A stretch of DNA of 64,000 nt, from positions 62,496,001-62,560,000 of the forward strand of contig OZ287751.1 of NCBI GenBank assembly GCA_965649765.1. Reading direction: 5' to 3'. The position numbers were made by a program, and so were the translations under genes. Below, in pieces: positions 12,694 through 25,434 of the stretch. Source of the stretch: Bispira polyomma (taxonomy: Eukaryota). Position 1 is the stretch's first letter. Every line of letters starts with the position of its first letter. The notes beneath the pieces were generated by a model that made no database searches, was not told the DNA's origin, and saw only the letters and a list, made by a program, of their open reading frames with translations.

Positions 12694-15600
12694 GACATTC
12701 TGACCTGCCGTACCCAGGTTACGTTGCTGTGGCTTTCCGTTTCTTCAAGCAGGACTCGCGACCTCGCTGTTGGTGTCTGAAGATTATCTCGTGTCCCTGG
12801 TTTGAGCGTGTCAGCATGAGCGTGATCTTACTGAACTGTGTTACCTTGGGCATGTATCAGCCTTGTGAGGATGAAGTCTGCGAAACCACCAGGTGCAAAG
12901 TCCTCGAAGGATTCGATCACTTCATCTTCACCTTCTTTGCACTCGAAATGATTATAAAGGTGCTCGCCATGGGACTCTATGGAAAGTATGCCTACTTAGC
13001 AGAAACCTGGAATAGATTAGACATGTTTATTGTGTTAGCTGGTGCATTTGAATACATGTTAAATACTGACAACCTCCGGCTGTCTGCAATTCGAACGATC
13101 CGCGTGCTGCGCCCACTACGGGCAATCAACCGGATCCCCAGCATGAGGATTCTGGTGATGTTATTGCTGGATACTCTACCTATGCTCGGCAATGTCTTGC
13201 TTCTGTGTTTCTTTGTGTTCTTTGTCTTTGGAATAATTGGTGTACAACTCTGGGCGGGGTTGCTGCGACAACGCTGTTTCTTCAATCTGCCAGAGAATGT
13301 TACTATTCCTCCAGAAGCCAATATTACAGATTACTATTTCACCGACAGAGATAAGGATTACATCTGTACTACACCTGGCGATGGAGGTATGTCGTTTTGT
13401 CATTCTGAGGCACACCCACTCCCCCACTACAAGTACCGAGATCTGGATATGGGGCGATGCAATGAATCAGCTCAGCCGTTTTCTAGTAATTTAGCTACAA
13501 ATTCATCCTGCGTCAATTGGAATCAGTACTACACAGATTGCAGGGCAAAAGCACCAAATCCATTCCAAGGGGCCATTTCATTTGATAACATTGGTTTGGC
13601 ATGGGTGGCTATATTCCAGGTAATTAGTTTAGCAGGGTGGGTAAATATAATGTATCACATACAAGATGCCCACTCCTTTTGGGATTTTCTTTACTTTGTG
13701 AGTCTTATTGTGATCGGTGCATTCTTCATGATTAACCTATGCCTGGTTGTCATAGCAACACAGTTTTCAGAAACAAAGAAACGAGAGACAGAAAGAATGG
13801 TTCAAGAGAGGAAGCGGTTCTATTCCAGTAGTACCCTTGCCAGTGTATCTGAACCCGGTGGCTGTTACGATGAGATTGTAAAGTATATATCCCACCTATG
13901 CAGGCGCTTCAAGCGTAAGTTTAATCGCCACTTTAGAAATGCTCAAGGCCGACGACAACAAAAAGTGACTCCGGAAAAGGGGATATCATTGAGTCGAAAG
14001 AAGAGGAAAAAACTTCAGACTGTACATTTGCATCATCACCATCACTTTCATCATCACCATTATCACATTAGTAACAGTGTCAACACTGATGCAGTCAAAC
14101 TGCAGGCACCCAGAGCCAGTCCAGATCCCTCAGATATCGATCCCATGCCGTCACCTCTCAGACCAAGTGTTCTCATTATTCCACACTCAGAGATTCAGTA
14201 TGACCTCTCACGAGACTCCTTACAACATGCAAACCAGAACCAAACTCTTCAGCCGATAAATTCTGTGATAGCAAACACCCGGCACTGTGCTCACTGTGAC
14301 ACACACACTGAGCCCAATTCTCAAGTCAGCAAGCATCCGGCTTCATGTAAATGTCCCAGAGAAGCCTTTAGTGAGAACTACATCTGTTCTACGAATCGTC
14401 TGACTAGGGCATCATCCTTAAATCATAGGCGCAGTTCGGATAGCTACCGTCGACGGAGGAAGATGAGCGAGGGACATGTTCATTGTCACGAGGAGAGAGA
14501 GCAAACCAATTATGTAATGCTAGAACTATTAAAATGTCAGAACAGGAAACCAATGGTCCTTACAACACAGGTACCGCAAATACAAGAAGCTTCCGTGATT
14601 AATGAACAAATCAATTTGTTATCATCTGTGGACAGTAATAAGATCCATGAAAAGCCCAAACCTCCCAACTCTTCTAGTAAGCAAAACAGCATTATGTGTG
14701 CAGTACATAATTTAGAATTACACAATTGCAATGACCAACCACCCCATGAAAATAATAACCAGGTGAATGGAGATGAATTATACTCTCATTCCAATTGTGC
14801 ATTGCATGATGTTGAAGCTCGTGCACACCATCATTGCGTAAGCAAGTGTCACTCACACTGTTCTGAATATGAATATTCAGCTTCTGACGATAATTCCGAC
14901 GATTCGACTGATTACGAGACTGTAAAGCAAAAGCAGAAGCCGAATTGCTGGAATAAATTTCAACACGGTTTGAAGAGACTGGTAGATAGTAACTACTTCA
15001 CTAGAGGCATTCTAGGAGCAATCGTCATTAATACTTTAAGTATGGGAATTGAACACCACAATCAACCTGATAAACTGACATTGGTGCTGGAATATAGTAA
15101 TCTGTTTTTTAGTCTCCTCTTTGCCTTAGAGATGTTGCTCAAGTTGGTAAGTGAGGGAATTTTGGGATATATTAAAAATGGATTCAATGTGTTAGATGGG
15201 GTCATTGTAATATTGGGTGTTGTTGAGTTGTTCCAAGGAGGCACAAGTGGCTTAAGTGTACTGAGGACATTCCGTTTGCTAAGAATTCTGAAACTTGTGA
15301 GGTTCTTACCCGCCTTACGGTATCAACTGGTTATCATGCTTAGAACAATGGACAATGTAGCAACCTTTTTTGCACTTTTAGTGCTCTTCATCTTTATATT
15401 CAGTGTTTTGGGAATGCATTTATTTGGTGGTAAGTTTACCACTCATCCGGTCACAGGAAATAGGTGTACATGCCAAGAAATTAAGAACGAAACCATCGCT
15501 TGCAAAACAGAGCGTAAAAACTTTGACAGTTTACTTTGGTCTCTAGTTACAGTGTTCCAAATCCTGACACAAGAAGATTGGAATGAAGTCTTGTATAACG

Positions 15601-18587
15601 GAATGGCTAAAACCTCAGCCTGGGCCGCACTCTATTTCATTGCACTAATGACCTTTGGAAATTATGTGCTTTTCAACTTACTAGTTGCTATTCTAGTGGA
15701 AGGGTTTTCAACTGAAGGAGATGAAAAAAAATCAAAAGATGGTGACGCCAGTGGTAAAGATAATAAATCAAGGAAAGCTTTAAAAGGGAGTACAAGAAAG
15801 ACACCAAAGAACAAGAATATAAACAAACTAGCTGAAGAAAGAGACTGTTTAATTAAAAAATGCAACTGTCATTTGAAATATCATCCCAAAGAACCATATC
15901 TGTGCTCAGTTAATAGTGTTAATGATGTTAAGAATAACAAGGAGAAAGAGAGAAAGCTATTGGGCATTGTCACTACCCCACCACCACCTTGTCATGAAAG
16001 GGAGGTAATGAGTGCAACCTGCAGTCTAGAACCTTTAAATCCTCCATTAATAACGCATACAGCAGCAACCCCTATGCCAACACCACAGGGCTCGTCCAGT
16101 GAGATCTATGGTACTCCATATCAGGATCCACAGAACTTTTTGACTGTAGAATTCCCATATGAAAGAGATGTGTTGTCTGTAGAAAGGCCAAGAGGGTCAC
16201 GAAACAATCTGTTGTCTCCTCACTTCAGCTTTAAAGACAGTAGAAGTTCATGGTTTGGTCAGACCTTACCTAACACTGACGATCACTTGCCAAATGGAGA
16301 CAGCGAGTTTGGTACGAGTTTGAAAGTAGAAACCAGCTTCCAACAAGGCACACCATTAAATAACCAGCGAGTAATACGCCAGCAGTCATTTGGTAGGTCT
16401 GACCAGAGTCTGCATCCTAATTCATACAGCTGTAGCTCCTCTAAATCTAATATCAATCTTAGCAGAGCTTGCAGTCAGTCCAGGTCCATCACCCTGAGTC
16501 GTGAAAATAGTTTGAAATCTGAGCGGAGTACCCTGAGCCCTCAGAACTCTTTTGGCTCTACACCCCATGAGGAATACAAACAGAACAACCTGGCTGAACC
16601 TCCAGAGTCAAACGGCGATGAAAATACAGAATCCGAGGATGATATTCAGTGCAGATATACATGGTGTCCAGAACCAGTAGGTTGCTGTTTGAATCGAATA
16701 GACTACGCACTCTTTGCACTGTCTCCGGAAAATAGGATCCGTAAACTCTGCCAGAATCTTATTCGTAAGAAGAGTTTTGATTACACAGTGTTATTATTTA
16801 TCGCACTCAACTGTATAACCCTAGCCATGGAAAGACCTGACATACCGGATTACAGCACAGAGAGGAAGTTCCTTTCTATATCCAATTACATCTTCACCAC
16901 AGCATTTACCTTGGAAATGACTGTAAAGGTGATAGCCCAAGGCTTTGTCGTAGGTAAAGGTACATACCTTAGGAGTGGATGGAACGTTATGGACGGTTTT
17001 CTCGTGTTTATTTCTCTACTTGATTTGACCATCTCCTTGACTGCCTCAACCAGTCCCAGAATCTTTGGCATCCTGCGTGTGTTCAGACTTCTAAGAACTC
17101 TAAAGCCGTTGAGGGTAATAAGCAGAGCACCAGGTTTGAAGCTAGTGGTCCAAACACTTTTGTCATCTTTGAGACCTATTGGAAACATAGTTCTCATCTG
17201 TTGTACATTCTTTATTATATTTGGTATTTTGGGAGTGCAGTTATTCAAAGGGAAGTTCTACTATTGCGATGGCACAAACATAGTGGGAGTACTTAACAAA
17301 ACAGACTGCTTAAACAAAGGGCCCCCTTACAGGTGGGTTAACCGGAAGTACAACTTTGACGACCTTGGCCAGGCGCTCATGTCCCTGTTTGTGCTGGCCT
17401 CAAAAGATGGTTGGGTGAGCATTATGTATACAGGACTGGATGCAGTTGACGTGGATATGCAACCACAGGTGAACTACAGCGAATGGCGACTTCTCTATTT
17501 CATATCATTCTTGCTCTTAGTTGGATTTTTTGTGCTCAATATGTTCGTGGGTGTGGTGGTGGAAAACTTCCATAAATGTCGTGAAAGTCAGGAAAAAGAA
17601 GAACGAGCCAGACGAGCAGCCAAGCGGGCTAAGAAGATGGAGCGGAAAAGGAGACATAAAGGCCAGCCTCCTTACTGGGCTGAATACAGCTGGATCCGTA
17701 AATTTATCCACACCGTCACAAGTAGCAAGTACTTTGATCTCGCTATAGCAGGGGTTATAGGGCTGAACGTGATCACAATGGCTCTGGAGTACTACATGAT
17801 GCCCAAGGAGTTGATGTTTGCCCTGAAGATCTTTAACTATTTCTTCACATCCGTTTTCATTCTGGAGGCGGCAGTGAAGATGATAGCCCTGGGGTTTGTC
17901 CGGTATATGAAAGACAGGTGGAATCAGCTGGACGTGATCATCGCCATTCTGTCCATTGTGGGCATCGTCCTGGAGGAGATGAAATCCGGAGTCATTCCTA
18001 TCAATCCCACTATCATTAGAGTGATGAGGGTGTTAAGGATAGCCAGGGTATTGAAACTCTTGAAAATGGCAAAAGGGATACGAGCATTGTTGGACACGGT
18101 CATCCAAGCGTTACCTCAGGTGGGTAACCTGGGTCTGTTGTTTTTCCTGTTGTTTTTTATTTTTGCCGCTCTCGGTGTGGAACTCTTCGGTCGCTTAGAA
18201 TGCTCCGACTTACACCCGTGTGAGGGCCTCAGTAAACATGCTCACTTCAGAAACTTTGGCATTGCTTTCTTGACGCTCTTCCGCGTAGCTACGGGTGATA
18301 ACTGGAATGGGATCATGAAGGACACTTTGCGGGAGGACTGTGATAACGACGTGAACTGTATCCAGAATTGCTGCGTTAGCCCCATCATTTCTCCCATGTT
18401 CTTTGTGGTATTTGTACTGATGGCCCAGTTTGTACTGGTCAATGTGGTAGTGGCGGTATTAATGAAGCACCTAGAGGACTCACACAAGCAGATTCACGAT
18501 GACGCTGATTTAGAAATCGAATTGCAAAACGACTCGGACGAAAGCAATAACTGTGAAGAGGAGCAGAATACACCGAGGGGGGATTAA
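12694..18587 (+). CDS. Cav3: Voltage-gated T-type calcium channel alpha-1 subunit (Cav3, CACNA1G/H/I family); single 5.9 kb exon encoding domains I-IV
   Basis: Uninterrupted ORF with four S4 sensors (IRTIRVLRPLRAINR, LRTFRLLRILKLVR, LRVFRLLRTLKPLRVISR, IRVMRVLRIARVLKLLK) and four pore loops (SLAGW, TQEDW, SKDGW, TGDNW). Cav3-specific gating brake PGGCYDEIVKYISHL, poly-His, APRASP and TAATPMPTP motifs are present. Acceptor tttttacttccag| ends at 12693. Confidence 0.97.
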
Positions 18588-20571
18588 TTTTTTGAGCGCA
18601 GAATATCTAGCAATTGAAAATGCCAGATATATCTAAAATTCACTAAAATATTAACAAGAGAAAAATGAAATCATTGAAATAAGAAATTAGTAAAGGACAA
18701 TCAACAAAAAATACCACTATTTTCACCCAAATATACAGTTTCAAAAACCAGAAAGCATTTTTTGAAGGATATAGAGCTAGTGAATTTTAGATATATGATG
18801 CATTTGTTGTATATTATTATTGTATATGTTAAATAGGGATAATCTTTTAAGTAAGAGATAGATTGTAAATACCAGCTATTTGTACATGTATAAGGTAGAT
18901 ATTGGTATGTTTACACGTCATGCATTAGATATAGCGAGAATTTGCACAAAGGTTTGTGATAAATATATTTACTATTTTGTACAACAGCTTCTGAAGATCT
19001 AACTAAAAATTCTATTATCCATATTTCTGTTATTTGACAAGACCATTTAAATATAATATATTTGTACCCTCCACAAAGTTATATTTTCTTATTGGTTTGT
19101 AATATGTAACCAGTATTATTTCAGGAATATTTTGATATTTATTCAAAAAATTCTTTTGACAGTTGTTTGGATAATACGGTTTTCTACTTCAAAAAATCTT
19201 AGTAAAAGCTTTTATTGTAGATAGTGTGACGTTGTTCAAAATCTGTTTGTAAGCACGACTTCTTTTTCAAAATAGTTGAATATTGTAAGAAACACCACCC
19301 ATCTGGTTCTGTGAACCAGTATTATAATGTTGTTTGAAGTACAGAGTACATAATGATAATGTCAAACTTAAAAAAAAAATGAAACCAATAGATTGTTTGT
19401 CGAGCAAAATAACACCAGTAGAAGATTTAAGTTGAATATCAAGGGACCAAAATAGACACAATATTTCCACTTTGTAAAAGGGTAGATTATAAAAGTAATG
19501 GTTATGGCACATCTTTCTCAACATAAGAGGGGAATTGACTGAAAGTTCTACTTATTAAAGGGTTTTAACTACTGTGATTATCTAAATAAATGGCCCCACC
19601 CTGCAGGCAATATGTGTGTTGTGGTGAATGGATGGCTGCTATTTGAGAACAAAGATTGAGGCCTAAGTCTGGTGAGCAATAAGAAAAGTCAGCTTGCACT
19701 TACCAACAAATATCCTTATAACCAGTGCCAATGTTATCTATAGATACCCAGATTAGACACGAGATGCATTGTTTATGTTACTTTTTGTTTCAAGTCCATT
19801 TTTTTTTTGGTAAAAAAAAAACAAATTTTGTTTTGGCAAAGATTGTTGCCTCACAAAGTGGTAGATACTAAAATGCAAAACAAACGAAAATGGTCCAAAC
19901 CAGTCCACAATTTTCTCCAAATGTGATGTTAGAAACAAATGTAACAGATAAAAGGGGTAATTTATTATAGAGCAGACGTTTATACAGAAAACTGCAGTAC
20001 ATATCTTTGATATATACAATGTATGGTAAAAAGGGTTTTGTTACACTGAGCAAGATATAGGGGTACAATCAATAGTTTGTATTCTTCAACTGTTTTATAG
20101 GATACTTTACCAAAGATTTATTTTATGCAGAGTAAAAAAAAAAAAATTATGATACAAATGACCCAAAAAAGATGAAAAATAAGATGTTGTAGGAAATGTT
20201 TGACAAGATCTATACCACCTGGTTATTTATGTTCAACACAGGGTCCAATGCTTTACAGCTAATTATAATTCCTCTTGCACCCTTTTGTCTGATATTTTAC
20301 CTATTACATTGTATATGTATGGTGTGTATGTATATTTTTTTATTTTGATTTGCTGGTTGTATTGGTATTTTTTTTCATAAATTTTGGTTCTATTGGTATT
20401 TTTTTTTTATAAATTTTGAAAATGGTCCATCACTCACAGTAGATGGTATTTGATGAATGAAAGAAAAGGAAACCTTTTGTCATTCACAAAGTTAGTGTAC
20501 TTGTTTAGCCGCTAATTAACTTCCCACATCACAAGGTGCTACTGTGTCTTCTGGTAAATGGTTGATGATTA

Positions 20572-20767
20572 CAGTAGAACCTCTATTGTCTGACAGTTAC
20601 ACAAATTGGGAGAGTCAGAATCTTGTTTGGATATGAGAAAGGTTTGTAAAATAGAAGATGTGTATCTGTATAAAACAATAGGAAAGCATTAATTTTGAGA
20701 GGGTGGAAATGAGTTCATGAAATTGAATATTCAGAAAAGCAAAAGTTGGATAATGGAGGTTCTACTA
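20572..20767. mobile_element. MITE family 1 (Tc1/mariner-pogo type, CAGTAGAACCTC termini)
   Basis: ta|cagtagaacctctatt ... taatggaggttctact; opposite orientation to the 22598 copy. Confidence 0.75.
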
Positions 20768-21422
20768 AAAGTATGTAAAATGTTTCATGCAACTGATGAG
20801 TAAATGCAAGATTATCCTTATTTAAAATGGTGAGCTATATTTTTGTTATGTGTACAAGGAATTGCTATTGTCACTGAAATGAGTAAACATTTATGTACTT
20901 CTGGGTGAGGTCAAAATTCCAGTCAAATCCTATTTTTTTATACAAAGCATGAATATTGTCAAAATGATTTCATTACTCTGCAAGTAAATGATCATCCTAC
21001 CACTAGCATGTGTTTCCAACAATAGCTTTCTGTTGTTAAGTTTTGGAGACAACATAAGTTAATAGTGTGACATTTGTGGCCAATGTGGCTCACAATGTCT
21101 CTGCCGCTGTGGTCTTTTGTGGGTAACAAACTCACTTAGGAAGGCAGAGGCCCTGGGTTTGATCCTAGCTCGGGACACGTGCAATGACAGTTTACATAGT
21201 GGCTCAGATGATCACATATCACTTAAATTGATCGTCCTCTGGTCATTGCATCCAATCCCCAGTGACAGGCAAAAAAATAAATTGTCACCCTCATGGTCTA
21301 GCTAACTGTCTAGGTATAGTGATACAATTCACACATAAAAACAAGGTATTAATAAATAAGCTAAAAAAAACCACCCATTGATTTAAAAGTTGTTACGGGT
21401 AATGTCATGACATAAAATAGTA

Positions 21423-21649
21423 GAGTAAGGAATATGAAATTCACCACTGTATCTGAAATTTGCCCCCTAAAAAATGTTGTGTTTTTGGTAGAATTGTGGG
21501 TAACATTTTCTGAAATTGGGATTTTTCTAACTATTTTGCCATACTTGCCTAAATGCCGGTTATTTTTTACCCAGTTTCTATTGATTTGGCTTGAAATTGT
21601 AGGTGGTGGCGAATTTTAGATACAGTGGCAACTTTTAGGTTCCTTTCTC
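21423..21649. mobile_element. MITE family 2 (GAGTAAGG...CCTTACTC, long TIRs)
   Basis: About 45-bp imperfect TIRs containing aaattc(a/g)ccactgtatct, flanked by TA; homologues at 23331, 24399 and 25435. Confidence 0.8.
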
Positions 21650-21929
21650 TACACTTGTGACACTCTTGTTTAAATACAAAAAAAATTGTATCAATCACCT
21701 TTTTGTTGTCACAGGTTGTTGGAGTGTTATTTCATACTCTTTTGAGCCCAATAAAAAATGAATGAAAAACATTTTGTTACATAAAAACTCTTATTACACT
21801 ACCATTCACATAGTTCCTGGAGACACATGCATATATGTGTATATATCTATACATAAGGCATGTTGATTCTGGAGATAACTTGACAGTGTATTTTGTTTAT
21901 CAATTATAATTGTCATATTTCTCAACTAT

Positions 21930-22095
21930 NNNNNNNNNNNNNNNNNNNNNNNNNNNNNNNNNNNNNNNNNNNNNNNNNNNNNNNNNNNNNNNNNNNNNNN
22001 NNNNNNNNNNNNNNNNNNNNNNNNNNNNNNNNNNNNNNNNNNNNNNNNNNNNNNNNNNNNNNNNNNNNNNNNNNNNNNNNNNNNNNNNNNNNNNN
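21930..22095. other. Assembly gap
   Basis: Run of 166 N. Confidence 1.
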
Positions 22096-22196
22096 ATATC
22101 GTAAAAATATCATGCATTGTTAGAATTATGCCCAAAATTGAACATTTGAATGTTCTGTGCAATTTATGTGGTAACTTTGTGTATCAAGAAACTCTG

Positions 22197-22236
<40 letters not shown>

Positions 22237-22597
22237 GGTTCCCAAATTGATATTTAGTCTGTAAAAAGTGGTTGTATATAATGTACATGTAACAATATTG
22301 TCATGACATTGCACAGAAAATGTTGTATGGATTGTTTCAGTCTCTAGTCTTAATGATTTTGAAAATGGTTTAATGGTGATTCAGCCTTTTATAGTATTTA
22401 GATAGTTATAAATTAGTTATTTGCTGCAAAGATTTCTAGATAAATGTATATATTTGTATATATGTATATATTAGGGAATTCAAACAAGTGAACGGCAAAC
22501 TTGAAAGTTTAGTAGACAAAAATATTTTGTGATATTTTACTTATAATTTATTTAACTTTGAAGTTTTTAATTTGTCAAAATCATTATGTTTTAAGTA

Positions 22598-22785
22598 CAG
22601 TAGAACCTTTATTATCCAAAACTTCAATTATCAGAATATTCGATTATATTAACTCCTTTCCACTCTTTCAAATATTTCATTTCCGATAGTTTTATACAGA
22701 AAAGCCTTTTCTAAGGTTTTAAACCCTCTATTATCCGAACAAAATCTGGCTCTCCCTGCCTGTTCGGATAACAGAGGTTTTACTG
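22598..22785. mobile_element. MITE family 1, best-preserved copy
   Basis: TA|cagtagaacctttattatccaaa ... ttcggataacagaggttttactg|TA: TIRs plus TA TSD. Confidence 0.85.
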
Positions 22786-23330
22786 TATTTATTTCAAGAT
22801 TTAATACATGCAATATGAGCTCTGATGACATAACTGTAATCTGTCTGTGTGTATGATGTAAGATGATAAAAATCTAAAACATAAAGGCTTGAAAGTAGTT
22901 TAAATGTGTATATGGCATTGCATAAAGGATTCACATAATCGTTGCCAGTTTTAGTACTATTAACATAATTACCCCTGGAATGTATATTAGCTTAACTGAG
23001 TAGCAATCTATGAAGTAGCAAGATCAACAATTACATACCTTTGTGATATATATTTTTCATGCTGCAAGAAATGTAGTCCAATATTCATTTTGTCTCATGT
23101 TTTTTGACCAAGAAATGTTCCATATTGGTCTGATAATGGTTTATGTGTAAATGATTTCTGTTGTGCATTATATCTGTGGCTCCAAAAAAGTAACAGATAA
23201 GTGCTTTAGCTTAGATTAAAGATTAGATTATGGTTTGATAAATACACTTCTACAATCAGACATTTTGCATATTGTAGAAGTTTGAGGTGAACAATAAGAA
23301 AGTATGTTCAGATTAAATAGACTTCTGGAA

Positions 23331-23555
23331 TAGAGGAGGGGTATTAATGTACACCACTATAAAAGATATCTCAAATTTGCAACTTAGAAAATGTTGTGTT
23401 TTTGGAATAATTGTAGGTAATATTTACTGAAATTGAGATTTCTCTGACTATTTTGCCTTATCTTACCTAAATTCTAGTTATTTTTCACCAGTTCTTATTG
23501 ATTTGGCTTAAATTTAAGGGGTGGCGAATTTCAGATACAGTGGCGAATTTTAGAT
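23331..23555. mobile_element. MITE family 2, degraded left end
   Basis: Internal sequence and right arm ggcgaatttcagatacagtggcgaattttagat match 21423-21649. Confidence 0.7.
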
Positions 23556-24097
23556 TTAAATTTTAAATATGTCTTTCTTGCTTCCATTAATTTTTCTTAT
23601 TTTGGTTAATAATGGACCAAAGTTTCAGTTATTATGCAAAATAACTGGAAGATTTACTCATTTCACAAAAATGATTTGTGTTCTGGGGCATAACGTAAAT
23701 GACAAACATTTCACAGGTTGACTGTAATATACATATATATTACTAGAAATTACATGTATTATGCACAGATATAGTGTCATTTAGTGTATATATATATGTC
23801 ATGGGGGAGGAGTCAAATGGAAGGGAATTACAGATTTCATATAGGCAAGATTCCTATTGTGATTTCTGACGGGAGGATTCAAGTACTTGTCAAATCTATA
23901 GCAAATTACCATGTAATCATTTAAAAGTTAAAATTTGAAAACAAAATGTAAAACATTGGACTGAGCAACAAGCCCCCCCCCCCCCCCTCTCCAACACCCT
24001 CTAAATATGGCACTGTGTATTTTTTTACTGATACCCTCCTCCCCATTTCTTAATCCACTCCCATCTCTTGTAAAGAGATCCACCTGTGTAGAACAAA

Positions 24098-24275
24098 CAT
24101 TAGAACACTCTATTATCCAAACTTCTGTTATCCAGATATTCAATTTTTAAAACTCTCTGTATAGCTTCCTATTGTTTTTATACTAAAATCTATTAATGCA
24201 ATCTATTGTATGAACACTTTATTATCCAAATGGATTATCATTTTACCCAAAAATGTTCATATAATAGAGGTTGTT
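24098..24275. mobile_element. MITE family 1, degraded
   Basis: tagaacactctattatccaaacttctgttatccagatattc ... ataatagaggtt. Confidence 0.65.
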
Positions 24276-24398
24276 TTGTAATTGGTTGTGAGATAAGAAA
24301 ACTCTCTTTTGACCATGTCAACTTTTTAAGGCTGTTCAGTTTAACCGTTAAAAAGAAATGTAAAAACCTGGATAACCTGTACAAGGTTAAAGAGCGTA

Positions 24399-24622
24399 GA
24401 GTAAGTAATCTCAAATTCGCCACGGTATCTGAAATTCGTCACCTCCACAATTTTAGTGAAATCAATTAAAACTAGTTGAAAAATGACTAAAATTTAGGTA
24501 CTTGAGGGAAAAAAGTCACAAAAATCTCAATTTTAGCAAAATATTACCAACAATTCTACCAAAAACAGATTTTCTAGGTGGCGAATTTCATGTACAGTGG
24601 CAAATTTATAGATTCCTTACTC
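24399..24622. mobile_element. MITE family 2, inverted relative to the other copies
   Basis: TA|gagtaagtaatctcaaattcgccac ... gattccttactc|TA; interior is the reverse complement of the 21423 copy. Confidence 0.8.
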
Positions 24623-25434
24623 TATTTGTAATATTACTCTAGAGAGTGATTTGGTTGAAGAAGGTTAATGTGCAGTTGAATATTCTACATCCATAGGATT
24701 TTAGTAGTAGTTGTGGCTACTGGAATCTAATTTAATATTAGCCATTTAATATCATGTTAGACAACAGAATTGTTTCTATTTAAGCAGATATTTGACTTAT
24801 CAAGTGGGTCTTATGAATATAGTCTAACTGTATTCAGTGTATTGATTAAAATAAAGAGAATTTCGAGACAGAAGCACATATAGGATGTTGCAATGTTTGA
24901 GGATTGTTTCTTATTTGCTGACAAAGTATCGCTGCACAAACTTGAACTTTTTGGGGGGGCAAACGTAAATAATTAATTTGATAATTGATTTACATTACAA
25001 TGTATTGTATTCACATATCATTATGAATGGTATGTGTAATTTCAAATTATAATTATTTGACCAAATCATTTCTTGTATTAAAATTTGTCACTATATGACA
25101 GAAATATATCAAGTACAGTCTGCATTTACTTTATATTCACATGTGTATTAATGTACAAAATGTTTCTCAGATAAGTATTTGTGAACAGATGACAATAAAC
25201 AATTATTTTATACAGTGCAATAATTTCAGAATGTGTAAAAAAGGACACATGTTTTATTGGTGAATTTTTTCTTAGTGCTTCAGGTGATGAAATGAAATCA
25301 ACATCCATAACAACGAAACTAAGGTGACGTTATGTACGTGTTTGTATTGTGTTCAAACTAATACCAGGCTTAATGTAAAGGAAAACCAATGAAATAAACT
25401 GCATTACTTGGTGGCACTATATTACAATTATATA

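Noticed and set aside
12992-18487. Antisense and alternate-frame ORFs overlapping Cav3
   Set aside because: Short shadow ORFs without motifs; the same applies to most 60-140 aa ORFs in repeats and microsatellites elsewhere.
20134-20146. A13 run as the retrocopy poly(A) tail
   Set aside because: No upstream AATAAA or matching TSD seen; similar A/T runs are common in the window.
21893-22162. ORFs spanning poly-X
   Set aside because: Artefacts of the N gap.
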